Origin: Gammaproteobacteria bacterium
Lineage (GTDB): Bacteria; Pseudomonadota; Gammaproteobacteria; UBA9214
DNA length: 41,131 bases
Assembly (NCBI GenBank): GCA_030632175.1
Contig: DAOVVG010000001.1
Coordinates: 1-41,131 of the forward strand
Direction: 5' to 3'
Shown here one piece after another: positions 1 to 11,152 of this stretch (its first letter is position 1; each line of letters begins with the position of its first letter). Made by a program: the position numbers and the translations under genes. The notes under the pieces are model-generated. The model had not been told where the DNA came from and did not search any database. It saw only the letters and a program-made list of their open reading frames with translations.

Positions 1-1431
1 ACGCAATGCGACCACGTGTGAATAACGGCGCCCGTCACCGGTGACGCCCACCGATTTCACCGGCAAAAATACCGTAAAGGCCTGGCTGACTGAGTCATAC
101 AGCTCGTGGTTGCGCAGCTCCTCGATAAATATGTGGTCCGCCAGCCGCAGCGTATCCGCGTATTCCTTTTTCACTTCGCCGAGTATGCGCACGCCCAGTC
201 CGGGACCGGGAAACGGGTGACGATAGACCATGTCATAGGGCAGACCAAGCTCCACGCCCAGCTTGCGTACTTCGTCCTTGAACAACTCGCGTAACGGTTC
301 GCACAGCTGCATACGCATGTGCTCGGGTAAACCACCGACATTGTGGTGCGACTTGATCAGGTGTGCCTTGCCAGTCTTGGCACCGGCCGATTCGATCACA
401 TCCGGGTAGATGGTGCCCTGCGCCAGCCACTCGGTCTCGCCGCTGAGCTTGTTGGCCTCTTCTTCGAATACTTCGATAAACATATTGCCAATAATCTTGC
501 GCTTTTGTTCCGGCTCATCGACACCTTTGAGCGCCGAAAGGAAACGTTCTTCCGCATCGACCCGGATAACGCGCACACCCATGTGCTCGGCAAAGGTGGC
601 CATTACCTGGTCACCTTCCCGGTAGCGCAACAAACCGTTATCGACAAACACACAAACCAGCTGGTCGCCGATGGCCTTGTGTAACAGCGCTGCAACAACC
701 GAAGAATCGACACCACCCGACAGACCCAGCAGGACATTGCCAGCACCCACCTGCGCCTGTATATCGCTGATACTGCTGCTGACAATATGGTCTGACGTCC
801 ACAAGGCATCACAACCGCACAGCTCAATCAAAAAACGCTGCAGAATGCGCTCGCCCTGATGTGTATGCGTGACTTCCGGGTGAAACTGGATACCGTAATA
901 GGCACGCTCATCATCGGCCATCGCGGCGATCGGCGCACTGTCAGTACTGGCAGCAACCTTGAAGCCGGCCGGCAACTCAACCACGCGATCTCCATGACTC
1001 ATCCATACATCCAGCAAGCCATAGCCTTCGTCCGTGGTGTGGTCTTCGATGTCTGTCAGCAGGCGTGAATGCCCACGTGCGCGCACCTGCGCATAGCCAT
1101 ATTCATGTTGATCCGAATTTTCGACCACACCACCCAGCTGTGCCACCATGGTCTGCATGCCGTAACAGATACCCAACAATGGTACGCCGCTGTCGAACAC
1201 TATCTGCGGCGCCTGCGGCGCATCACCACCGGTCACCGTTTCCGGCCCGCCGGACAGGATAATGCCCATGGGTTTAAACGCACGGATGTCATCAACATCC
1301 ACGTCATAGGGATAGATTTCACAATACACGCCGATCTCACGCACGCGTCGCGCAATCAGCTGGGTGTACTGGGAACCGAAATCCAGGATCAGGATTCGGT
1401 GTGCATGAATGTCGTTGTTATTTGAAGTCAC
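1..1431 (-). CDS. guaA: GMP synthase (glutamine-hydrolysing); C-terminal end lies beyond the window start
   Basis: Missing from the ORF track because it runs off the window. My translation of the minus strand from GTG at 1431-1429 gives [36 protein letters not shown]...[11 protein letters not shown] (amidotransferase)...[12 protein letters not shown] (PP-loop)...[10 protein letters not shown]. This is colinear with E. coli GuaA. About 477 codons are present. Confidence 0.93.
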   Translation of the reverse strand, partial: MTSNNNDIHAHRILILDFGSQYTQLIARRVREIGVYCEIYPYDVDVDDIRAFKPMGIILSGGPETVTGGDAPQAPQIVFDSGVPLLGICYGMQTMVAQLGGVVENSDQHEYGYAQVRARGHSRLLTDIEDHTTDEGYGLLDVWMSHGDRVVELPAGFKVAASTDSAPIAAMADDERAYYGIQFHPEVTHTHQGERILQRFLIELCGCDALWTSDHIVSSSISDIQAQVGAGNVLLGLSGGVDSSVVAALLHKAIGDQLVCVFVDNGLLRYREGDQVMATFAEHMGVRVIRVDAEERFLSALKGVDEPEQKRKIIGNMFIEVFEEEANKLSGETEWLAQGTIYPDVIESAGAKTGKAHLIKSHHNVGGLPEHMRMQLCEPLRELFKDEVRKLGVELGLPYDMVYRHPFPGPGLGVRILGEVKKEYADTLRLADHIFIEELRNHELYDSVSQAFTVFLPVKSVGVTGDGRRYSHVVALR

Positions 1432-1461
1432 GATATCACTTATATATAAAGCGTCTTTTTC

Positions 1462-1562
1462 TTTGGGGAGAAGGACAAGATGAGAAGATTATGGTTAGGA
1501 AAGCTGCCTGTTTTATCCCCTTTTATGCCCGGCGCTTAATCGGGTATAAAGGAGAGGGAGTT
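1462..1562. repeat. Modular intergenic repeat, copy A (guaA-guaB spacer)
   Basis: ttatccccttttatgcccggcgcttaatcgggta (about 1513-1546) is the reverse complement of 4563-4596. ggggagaaggacaag (1465-1479) is the reverse complement of the cttgtccttctcccc-type arm seen at 4629-4641 and 15251-15272. Confidence 0.7.
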
Positions 1563-1584
1563 TATGGGGCGAGGCGGCACGGCA

Positions 1585-4520
<2,936 letters not shown>

Positions 4521-4529
4521 TGAATTAGC

Positions 4530-4682
4530 CACCCCCTCTCCCCCAGGGAGAGGGCCGGGGAGTACCCGATTAAGCGCCGGGCATAAAAGGGGATAAACTT
4601 ACCAAAGCCTGATCAATACCCCCCCTTCCTGTCCTTCTCCCGAAGCACTCAAAGAACGAGCATAAAGGAGAAGGAACGCACT
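4530..4682. repeat. Modular intergenic repeat, copy B (downstream of xseA)
   Basis: Three modules are present. Hairpin ccctctcc-cccag-ggagaggg (4534-4554). Then tacccgattaagcgccgggcat (4563-4584). Then ttcctgtccttctcccgaagcactcaaagaacgagcataaaggagaaggaacgc (4626-4679), whose arms tccttctcc and ggagaagga are inverted. All three modules recur at 1462-1562 and 15150-15432. Confidence 0.75.
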
Positions 4683-4740
4683 ACCTTTAACTGAGGCGGG
4701 AAAATCGACACTTTCAATTAACCTACATAGTGAAAAAATA

Positions 4741-5595
4741 ATGTTACGTATTTTTATTTTCTCTGCTTTTACACTGTTCGCTACACTCGGCCAAGCACTG
4801 TCGCTCGATACCACCCCCGTTCCCGGCGGTGTGGCTGTGATCACCCTGCCCGCCGATGCGGTAGCAACGACAGCGCGCTATGGTGAAAAGAAAATCCTGG
4901 TGATGAAAAACAAAGACCGGCACATCGCCGTCATCGGTTTGCCTCTGGCCACCAAACCCGGTCGGCATTTCCTGACGGTAACAGACCGGCAGGGAAAGAC
5001 GCAGAACATTGGCTTCCAGGTCGAAGACAAACATTACGAGGAACAACACATCACTATCAAGGACAAGCGCAAGGTCAATCCGGAAAAACGCGATATGGAA
5101 CGAATCTCCCGTGAATCAAAGCAGATCAAATCAGCCCTGCGTCACTGGTCACCCGAGGAAGACGTGGTCATTGAATTCCGCAAACCGGTCAACGGTCCGA
5201 CCAGCAGCCCGTACGGTCTGCGACGCTTTTTCAATGAGCAGCCACGCAAGCCGCACAGTGGACTGGATATCGCCGCACCAGAAGGCACCCCGATACTGGC
5301 CCCTGCCCCCGGCACCGTACTCGACACCGGCGATTTCTTTTTCAATGGCAACACGGTACTGCTCGATCACGGCCAGGGACTGGTCACCCTGTACTGCCAT
5401 ATGAGCAAGATCGGCGTGAAGCCCGGACAAACAGTTAACACCGGCGACAATCTCGGCGCAGTCGGCATGACCGGCCGGGTTACCGGACCGCATTTACACT
5501 GGGGTGTCAGTCTGAATGATGCGCGCATTGACCCACTGCTGTTTCTGCCAGACGAGCCAGACAACGCCGATCAGAACGGAGACAAAACACCATGA
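4741..5595 (+). CDS. M23-family peptidoglycan metalloendopeptidase, secreted
   Basis: N-terminal signal peptide MLRIFIFSAFTLFATLGQA. M23 motifs HSGLDIAAPEGTPILAPAPGTV and GRVTGPHLHWGV. Confidence 0.85.
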   Translation: MLRIFIFSAFTLFATLGQALSLDTTPVPGGVAVITLPADAVATTARYGEKKILVMKNKDRHIAVIGLPLATKPGRHFLTVTDRQGKTQNIGFQVEDKHYEEQHITIKDKRKVNPEKRDMERISRESKQIKSALRHWSPEEDVVIEFRKPVNGPTSSPYGLRRFFNEQPRKPHSGLDIAAPEGTPILAPAPGTVLDTGDFFFNGNTVLLDHGQGLVTLYCHMSKIGVKPGQTVNTGDNLGAVGMTGRVTGPHLHWGVSLNDARIDPLLFLPDEPDNADQNGDKTP

Positions 5596-5816
5596 AGCAA
5601 CTGGATCAGTATGAACTGCGAGACCTGAAGCGCATCTACCGCACGCTGCATGGCCAGTTACAACAGGATTTCGAATTAATGGACTCCGAGCTGCTGCATG
5701 ACCTGCAGACTTACCTGCAGGCACAGGCGACTGCCGATGGCGTGGATGTCTCCCTGCACGCGCAGTGGGCGGCCTGGCTGAATGACGGCAAACCGGTAGA
5801 TTGCCCGCTGGAATGA
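5592..5816 (+). CDS. Hypothetical small protein (74 aa)
   Basis: Its ATG overlaps the M23 stop codon (ATGA at 5592-5595), which suggests translational coupling. I recognise no family. Its stop codon touches a REP arm. Confidence 0.45.
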   Translation: MKQLDQYELRDLKRIYRTLHGQLQQDFELMDSELLHDLQTYLQAQATADGVDVSLHAQWAAWLNDGKPVDCPLE

Positions 5817-5878
5817 TCGCGGACATGGTCCGCTCCTACAGGTGCTTCGATTAATGCAGGAGCGGACCATGTCCGCGA
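5815..5878. repeat. REP doublet (REPIN-like), arms facing inward
   Basis: Arm atcgcggacatggtccgctcctaca (5815-5839), a 14-nt spacer, then arm tgcaggagcggaccatgtccgcgat (5854-5878). The arms are inverted copies with one mismatch. Each arm contains the hairpin gcggac-cat-gtccgc. Confidence 0.85.
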
Positions 5879-5960
5879 TTAACGCCCGGGGCAAACACAT
5901 CGCGCATTAGATGCACCCCTGCACTGGTTGGAATAGCGGAGACAAGCTGCAGGAGCAGAT

Positions 5961-6467
5961 TTAATCCGCGTTACGCAAATCCCGCTCAATTGATCGATAC
6001 AGCGCCGCATCTGCTTCACTGAAGCAACAGGCAATAATACGTTCGAAGCGATCCTCATATGCCAGCATGGTATTCATGGCAATCATGGTCGCCTCCCGCT
6101 TCGGATAGCCGTAAGCACCGGTACTGATGGCCGGAAAAGCAATCGAGCCGACAGCATACTGCAGGGCCAACTCAAAACTGTTTCGGTAACACGCCTTCAG
6201 CAGCGCTTCTTCATAATGCATGCCGTCTTTCCACACCGGACCAACGGTGTGAATAATCCGGCGTGCCGGCAATTCGAACCCCGGACTCAGCCTGGCCTCT
6301 CCGCTGCGGCAACCTTTCAGGGTGCGGCAGTAATCCTGCAACAACGGTCCGGCTGCTGCGTGAATAGCGCCGTCCACCCCGCCACCACCAAGCAAGGTGC
6401 TGTTGGCCGCGTTTACGATGGCATCGACTTTCAGTTTTGTAATGTCGCCGACTATTATTTCGATCAT
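5961..6467 (-). CDS. ymdB: Macro-domain protein (O-acetyl-ADP-ribose deacetylase / ADP-ribose-binding, YmdB-like)
   Basis: MIEIIVGDITKLKVDAIVNAANSTLLGGGGVDGAIHAAAG...IAFPAISTGAYGYP is colinear with E. coli YmdB and the macro-domain signature. Confidence 0.85.
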   Translation of the reverse strand: MIEIIVGDITKLKVDAIVNAANSTLLGGGGVDGAIHAAAGPLLQDYCRTLKGCRSGEARLSPGFELPARRIIHTVGPVWKDGMHYEEALLKACYRNSFELALQYAVGSIAFPAISTGAYGYPKREATMIAMNTMLAYEDRFERIIACCFSEADAALYRSIERDLRNAD

Positions 6468-6561
6468 AACGGTCGCAGTATATCGTAGCGGTCATTTGAA
6501 AATCACCTATGCTAGAGTACACAAAAACAGGATTGCAGACACACGCATCAGGGAGGGGGGA

Positions 6562-8052
6562 ATGCCGCGTCTCATAACACTTTCACGAGCTGCACGCCTG
6601 GTGGGCGTAAAGCGTGGGGCACTGCAGAAAAGAATACGGCAAGGCGAATTACGCACCTTTGAAGGGGAGTTGCTGCTCGCAGACTTGCTGCAGGCCTACC
6701 CGCAGACAGAAGTAGAAGACACCACCATGCTCGAGCGAGTCGAGCACATCATGGAAAATGCGGTCAACAAGATCGTGCGGCCCGCCAGTGATGACCAACC
6801 GGATACGGACACACTGGCTGCCCGTATCCTGGCACTCGGGCAGGAACTCGCCCGGGCACGGCAGGAAGGGCGGCGCCATGCTGATATGGTCGCAGACATA
6901 CAGCAGAAACTGGATGAACTGGCACCCGAGGCAGAACAGACGCAGGACCGGACTTTCAGTAAACTCAAGGACTGGTTCACACTGGCACTGGCATCCACTG
7001 ATACGCCAGCTGATGATTCGAACATACTGGCCAGAGAGGCTTTTTTACGTGTGATGGCAGCCCAGGTACGCATCCTGCCCAGCGGGCATGAATTTTTTAT
7101 AGAAGGCTCCGACTCCATACTGGAGGCCGGACTACGTGGCGGTCTGGCGCTGGGCTACGGCTGCAGTAACGGTAACTGCGGCAAGTGCAAGGCCAAGGTT
7201 GTTTCCGGGCAGGTCAAGAAAATCTGCCCGCATGACTACGTGCTTTCCGAGACAGAGAAAGGACTGGGTTACATACTCACCTGCTCCAACACCGCCGTCA
7301 CCGATGTCGTGCTGGAAGCCGAGGAAGCACTCGGCTCACGCGACATCCCTCAGCAGGAAATTGATGTCCGCGTCAGGAAGATCGAACAGCCTGATGACCG
7401 GGTAATCATCCTGCATGCCAAGACACCCCGCACCAAACGACTGCGCTTCCTCGCCGGCCAGTACCTGTCACTTAAGCTCGAGGGTCTGCCGGCGCAGGAT
7501 TGCTCGATAGCCAGCTGCCCCTGTGATGACATGAACCTGCAGTTCCATATCCCGGTCATCCCGGGCAACCCCTTCAGCGAACAGCTGGCCGATGTCACCA
7601 GGTCAAATACAGTGATCCGCATAACGGGGCCAGGGGGCGATTTTACACTGAACGAGGATTCACCCCGCTCCATCGTATTTATTGCGGTCAATGCCGGCTT
7701 TGGCCCGGTTAAAAGCCTGATCGAACATGCAATGGCACTCGACATCGCCGAGAACCTGTACCTCTACTGGATTACCACACCCGAAAACAACCACTACCAG
7801 GGTAACCTGTGCCGCTCATGGGATGATGCACTGGATAATTTTCACTACCGTCCACTGGAGGCAACAGACGCACACTCCGTCGCAGACCTGTTAGCGGAAA
7901 TCATTGCTGCTCTGGATGCAGTGCAGGAGCTGGATTTTTACGTCTGCGCACCAGCCCCGTTGCCGGGAGACATCGAAGCACTGCTGGCAGAAGGCGGGGT
8001 CAATGCGGGGCATTTGCGACTGGAACCTGTCCGGGAGAATCAGGCCGGATAG
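6562..8052 (+). CDS. Fusion protein: N-terminal HTH (MerR/excisionase-like), acidic coiled-coil linker, plant-type [2Fe-2S] ferredoxin, FNR-like oxidoreductase domain
   Basis: I start at the ATG at 6562, which follows gggagggggg (an RBS). The track start at 6397 would overlap the macro gene. The HTH-like segment is LITLSRAARLVGVKRGALQKRIRQGEL. The cluster motif is CSNGNCGKC...ILTC (Cys codons at 7162, 7177, 7186, 7282). FNR-like motifs are GQYLSL, GNPFSEQL, GPGGDF and YVCAP. Confidence 0.8.
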   Translation: MPRLITLSRAARLVGVKRGALQKRIRQGELRTFEGELLLADLLQAYPQTEVEDTTMLERVEHIMENAVNKIVRPASDDQPDTDTLAARILALGQELARARQEGRRHADMVADIQQKLDELAPEAEQTQDRTFSKLKDWFTLALASTDTPADDSNILAREAFLRVMAAQVRILPSGHEFFIEGSDSILEAGLRGGLALGYGCSNGNCGKCKAKVVSGQVKKICPHDYVLSETEKGLGYILTCSNTAVTDVVLEAEEALGSRDIPQQEIDVRVRKIEQPDDRVIILHAKTPRTKRLRFLAGQYLSLKLEGLPAQDCSIASCPCDDMNLQFHIPVIPGNPFSEQLADVTRSNTVIRITGPGGDFTLNEDSPRSIVFIAVNAGFGPVKSLIEHAMALDIAENLYLYWITTPENNHYQGNLCRSWDDALDNFHYRPLEATDAHSVADLLAEIIAALDAVQELDFYVCAPAPLPGDIEALLAEGGVNAGHLRLEPVRENQAG

Positions 8053-8060
8053 GAACGGGC

Positions 8061-8438
8061 CTACTTCACAATCTTCAGCGACGGGCGCTTGCCTGATTTT
8101 GTAGCAGACTCATCCGGGGACGGACCGTCTTCATCGTCGGAAAAGACCATGCCGCGGCCGTTCTCCTTGGCATAGATTGCCAGCACCGAGGCGATGGGTA
8201 CGTATACATCTGTTGAGATACCACCGAAGCGTGCACGAAAGCCGATTGCATCATTGCCCAGCATCAGACCCTCAACGGCCTGTGGGCTGATATTCAGGAC
8301 AATTTTTCCATTTTGCCCCTGCTGCGCAGGCACTTCGACACCCTCGCCTTCAATATCCACCAGCAGGTGCGGCGTCAGTTCGTTATCCAGGATCCATTCA
8401 TGGATGGCACGAACAAGGTAGGGGCGGCTGGAAGTCAT
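8061..8438 (-). CDS. sspB: Stringent starvation protein B (ClpXP specificity adaptor)
   Basis: MTSSRPYLVRAIHEWILDNELTPHLLVD matches the SspB N-terminus. The C-terminal LKIVK resembles the ClpX-binding tail. It lies downstream of sspA. Confidence 0.92.
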   Translation of the reverse strand: MTSSRPYLVRAIHEWILDNELTPHLLVDIEGEGVEVPAQQGQNGKIVLNISPQAVEGLMLGNDAIGFRARFGGISTDVYVPIASVLAIYAKENGRGMVFSDDEDGPSPDESATKSGKRPSLKIVK

Positions 8439-8504
8439 ACCAACAAAGATAGCAGGAATAGGTTCTTGTTACCCACATCACCCTGCAAACAGGAAGAAAC
8501 GGGG

Positions 8505-9131
8505 TTATTCTCTCATCTCGCGTTCGGCTTCGCTCAGGCTGGCCTGGAACGACTCCCGCTCAAACATACGCTTGGCGTAGTCGGCGACCGGCTTGGCCTG
8601 GCGCGGAAGCTCGATGCGGTACTTTGGCAGGCGCCACAGAATCGGCACGACCATGGTATCCACCAGGGAGAAATCATCACTGAGGAAATAGGGTTTTGCC
8701 GCAAACACCTCGGCACTGGCGGTAAGGCTGTCACTCAGCTGCTTGCGCGCCTTGGCAGAGGTCTTCTCTCCCTTCGACTCCAGCGCCGGCACCAGCTCAT
8801 ACCAGTCCTGCTGAATCCGATACAGCGCCAGGCGCGTGCGTGCACGCGAAACCGGATCAACCGGCATCAATGGCGGATGCGGAAAGCGCTCGTCGAGGTA
8901 CTCAATAATGGTATGCGGGTCATACAAAACCAGTTCACGGTCTACCAGTGTTGGTACCGTGTTGTATGGATTCAGGTCCAGCAGGTCTTCCGGTTTCTGG
9001 TTGACGTCGATATCAACGATCTCGACGGTAATGCCCTTCTCGGCCAGCACCATGCGAACAGAGTGACTGTGAGGACAGATACCTGATGAAAACAGGTTCA
9101 TAACAGAACGACGATTTGCTACCAGTGCCAT
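8505..9131 (-). CDS. sspA: Stringent starvation protein A (GST-like)
   Basis: MALVANRRSVMNLFSS...VPTLVDRELVLYDPHTIIEYLDERFPHPPLMP...YFLSDDFSLVD is near-colinear with E. coli SspA. Confidence 0.95.
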   Translation of the reverse strand: MALVANRRSVMNLFSSGICPHSHSVRMVLAEKGITVEIVDIDVNQKPEDLLDLNPYNTVPTLVDRELVLYDPHTIIEYLDERFPHPPLMPVDPVSRARTRLALYRIQQDWYELVPALESKGEKTSAKARKQLSDSLTASAEVFAAKPYFLSDDFSLVDTMVVPILWRLPKYRIELPRQAKPVADYAKRMFERESFQASLSEAEREMRE

Positions 9132-9188
9132 ATCAGGCGATCCTCAAGGTTAACGTTTCCGCTCAGGCCAGCCAGCGACCAGACCGCT

Positions 9189-9929
9189 CTAGTGAATATC
9201 CTTCCAGAATTCCCGCTTGAGCAAATAGGCCAGCACCAGGAACATTAGCAGGAACAAAACAACCTTTGTGCCGAGTGCACGCCGCTCATGCTTTGCAGGT
9301 TCACCCATGTAGTCCAGAAAATTTACCAGGTCGCGAACGGCACGGTCGAATTCTGTCGGCGTCAGCGTGCCGGGCTCTACCAGTTCCAGACCAACTTCCT
9401 TCACTTCAGTCCCGTCATGCCCTTTTATAGTCGTGATCACCGGCTCCTGTACACCCTGCAACTCCCACAGGACATTCGGCATGCCGACATCCGGGAAGAC
9501 CAGGTTGTTGGTACCGATATGACGTGAGTCATCCCGGTAGAAACTGCGCAAGTAGGTATATAACCAGTCAACACCGCGCGCACGTGCAATCACAGTCAGA
9601 TCCGGCGGCACAGTACCGAACCACACCATGGAATCGGCAGGGGCCGAGGCAACCGTCATCAGGTCACCCACCTTGCCGCCAGTAAAAATCAGGTTCTCGC
9701 TGACCATCTTCTCGTCAATCCCCAGGTCATTACCCATGTGCTCGTAGCGCATCAGATTGGCCGAGTGGCAACTGAGACAGTAATTTACAAACAGACCGGC
9801 ACCGCGCTGCAATGACTGCACGTTGGTCGGATCAATGTTTGCCTTGTCGAGACTAACTCCGTGCCCACCGGCGGCAAACACCCATACCGGGACAATAGCC
9901 AGCAAAACGGCAATTAATTGTTTATTCAT
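9189..9929 (-). CDS. petC: Cytochrome c1 subunit of ubiquinol-cytochrome c reductase
   Basis: Signal peptide, CXXCH heme motif (NYCLSCHS), PPDLT motif and a C-terminal TM anchor. Its ATG overlaps the petB stop codon (ATGA). Confidence 0.9.
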   Translation of the reverse strand: MNKQLIAVLLAIVPVWVFAAGGHGVSLDKANIDPTNVQSLQRGAGLFVNYCLSCHSANLMRYEHMGNDLGIDEKMVSENLIFTGGKVGDLMTVASAPADSMVWFGTVPPDLTVIARARGVDWLYTYLRSFYRDDSRHIGTNNLVFPDVGMPNVLWELQGVQEPVITTIKGHDGTEVKEVGLELVEPGTLTPTEFDRAVRDLVNFLDYMGEPAKHERRALGTKVVLFLLMFLVLAYLLKREFWKDIH

Positions 9930-11152
9930 GACGTCACCCTGTCCGGCACCGGCTTGGTCTTTTCAAACCGGGGAATAATCAGCAACGAGGCAAAGAACCC
10001 GAAGTACAGCAAACTGAAGATACGTGCGAAGTTGGTGTACAGCGGCGTTGCCGGCTGGGTACCGAGGTAGCCCAGTGCAATGAAGCTGACAACAAACACA
10101 CCGATCGCGATCTTGTAGATACCACCACGGTAGCGAATAGACTTAACCGGACTGCGATCCAGCCATGGCAGCAGGAACAGCACGAATATCGCACCACCCA
10201 TGGCAACCACACCAAGGAACTTGTCAGGTACCGCACGCAAAATGGCGTAGAACGGCGTGAAATACCATAACGGTACGATATGCTCCGGCGTCTTCAGCGG
10301 ATCTGCAGGAATAAAATTATCCTTCTCCAGAAACCAGCCACCCATCTCGGGCATAAAGAAAACGATAATGGAAAAGATAATCAGGAATACCACGACACCA
10401 ACAATATCTTTCACCGTGTAGTACGGGTGGAACGGGATCCCATCCAGCGGGATACCGTTCTTATCCTTGTGCTTCTTGATCTCGACGCCGTCCGGGTTGT
10501 TGGAACCCACTTCGTGCAGCGCCAGGATGTGCAGCACCACCAGTGCCAGCAGCACGATCGGTACAGCAATCACATGGAAGGCAAAGAAACGGTTAAGCGT
10601 TGCATCGGCAATCACAAAGTCGCCACGAATCCACAGCGCCAACGCGTCACCGATGCCAGGGATTGCGCCAAACAGGGAAATAATCACCTGCGCACCCCAG
10701 TAAGACATCTGACCCCATGGCAGCAGGTAGCCCATAAAGGCTTCTGCCATCAGGCAAACGTAGATGATCATGCCGAAGATCCAGATCAACTCGCGGGGCT
10801 TCTTGAAAGACCCGTAAATCAAACCGCGAAACATGTGCAGGTACACCACGATAAAGAACATCGAGGCACCGGTAGAATGCATATAACGAATCAGCCAGCC
10901 CCAGTTCACATCGCGCATGATGTATTCAACGGAGTTGAAAGCCATTGCGGCATCCGGTTTGTAGTTCATCGTTAACCAGACACCCGTCAGTATCTGAATA
11001 ACCAGTACCAACAGTGCCAGTGAACCGAAGTAATACCAGAAGTTGAAATTCTTGGGTGCGTAATACTCGGCCAGATGTTCATACCACATCTTGCTGAGAG
11101 GAAAACGTGCATCAATCCAGCCAAGCAGGCCTTTGTTCCATTTCTCGCCCAT
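9926..11152 (-). CDS. petB: Cytochrome b subunit of the bc1 complex
   Basis: A 408-aa polytopic protein containing WNFGSL-like YYFGSLALLVLVIQILTG, RYMHSTGASMFF and PEWYF-like PLWYFTPFYAILR. Confidence 0.95.
   Translation of the reverse strand: MGEKWNKGLLGWIDARFPLSKMWYEHLAEYYAPKNFNFWYYFGSLALLVLVIQILTGVWLTMNYKPDAAMAFNSVEYIMRDVNWGWLIRYMHSTGASMFFIVVYLHMFRGLIYGSFKKPRELIWIFGMIIYVCLMAEAFMGYLLPWGQMSYWGAQVIISLFGAIPGIGDALALWIRGDFVIADATLNRFFAFHVIAVPIVLLALVVLHILALHEVGSNNPDGVEIKKHKDKNGIPLDGIPFHPYYTVKDIVGVVVFLIIFSIIVFFMPEMGGWFLEKDNFIPADPLKTPEHIVPLWYFTPFYAILRAVPDKFLGVVAMGGAIFVLFLLPWLDRSPVKSIRYRGGIYKIAIGVFVVSFIALGYLGTQPATPLYTNFARIFSLLYFGFFASLLIIPRFEKTKPVPDRVTS

Noticed and set aside
4599-4844. ORFs of 60-80 aa lying within the intergenic repeats (4599-4844 minus, 15128-15322 minus, 1401-1616 plus, 17329-17637 plus, 5676-5900 minus).
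   Set aside because: They are made up of repeat modules or REP arms. Their shared peptide fragments simply reflect the repeated DNA. They have no RBS and no family signal.
5961-6467. The macro-domain gene as the antitoxin of a DarTG-type toxin-antitoxin or defence module.
   Set aside because: The protein is a stand-alone 168-aa YmdB-like macro domain. No DarT-like (DUF4433) or other toxin ORF is adjacent on either side.
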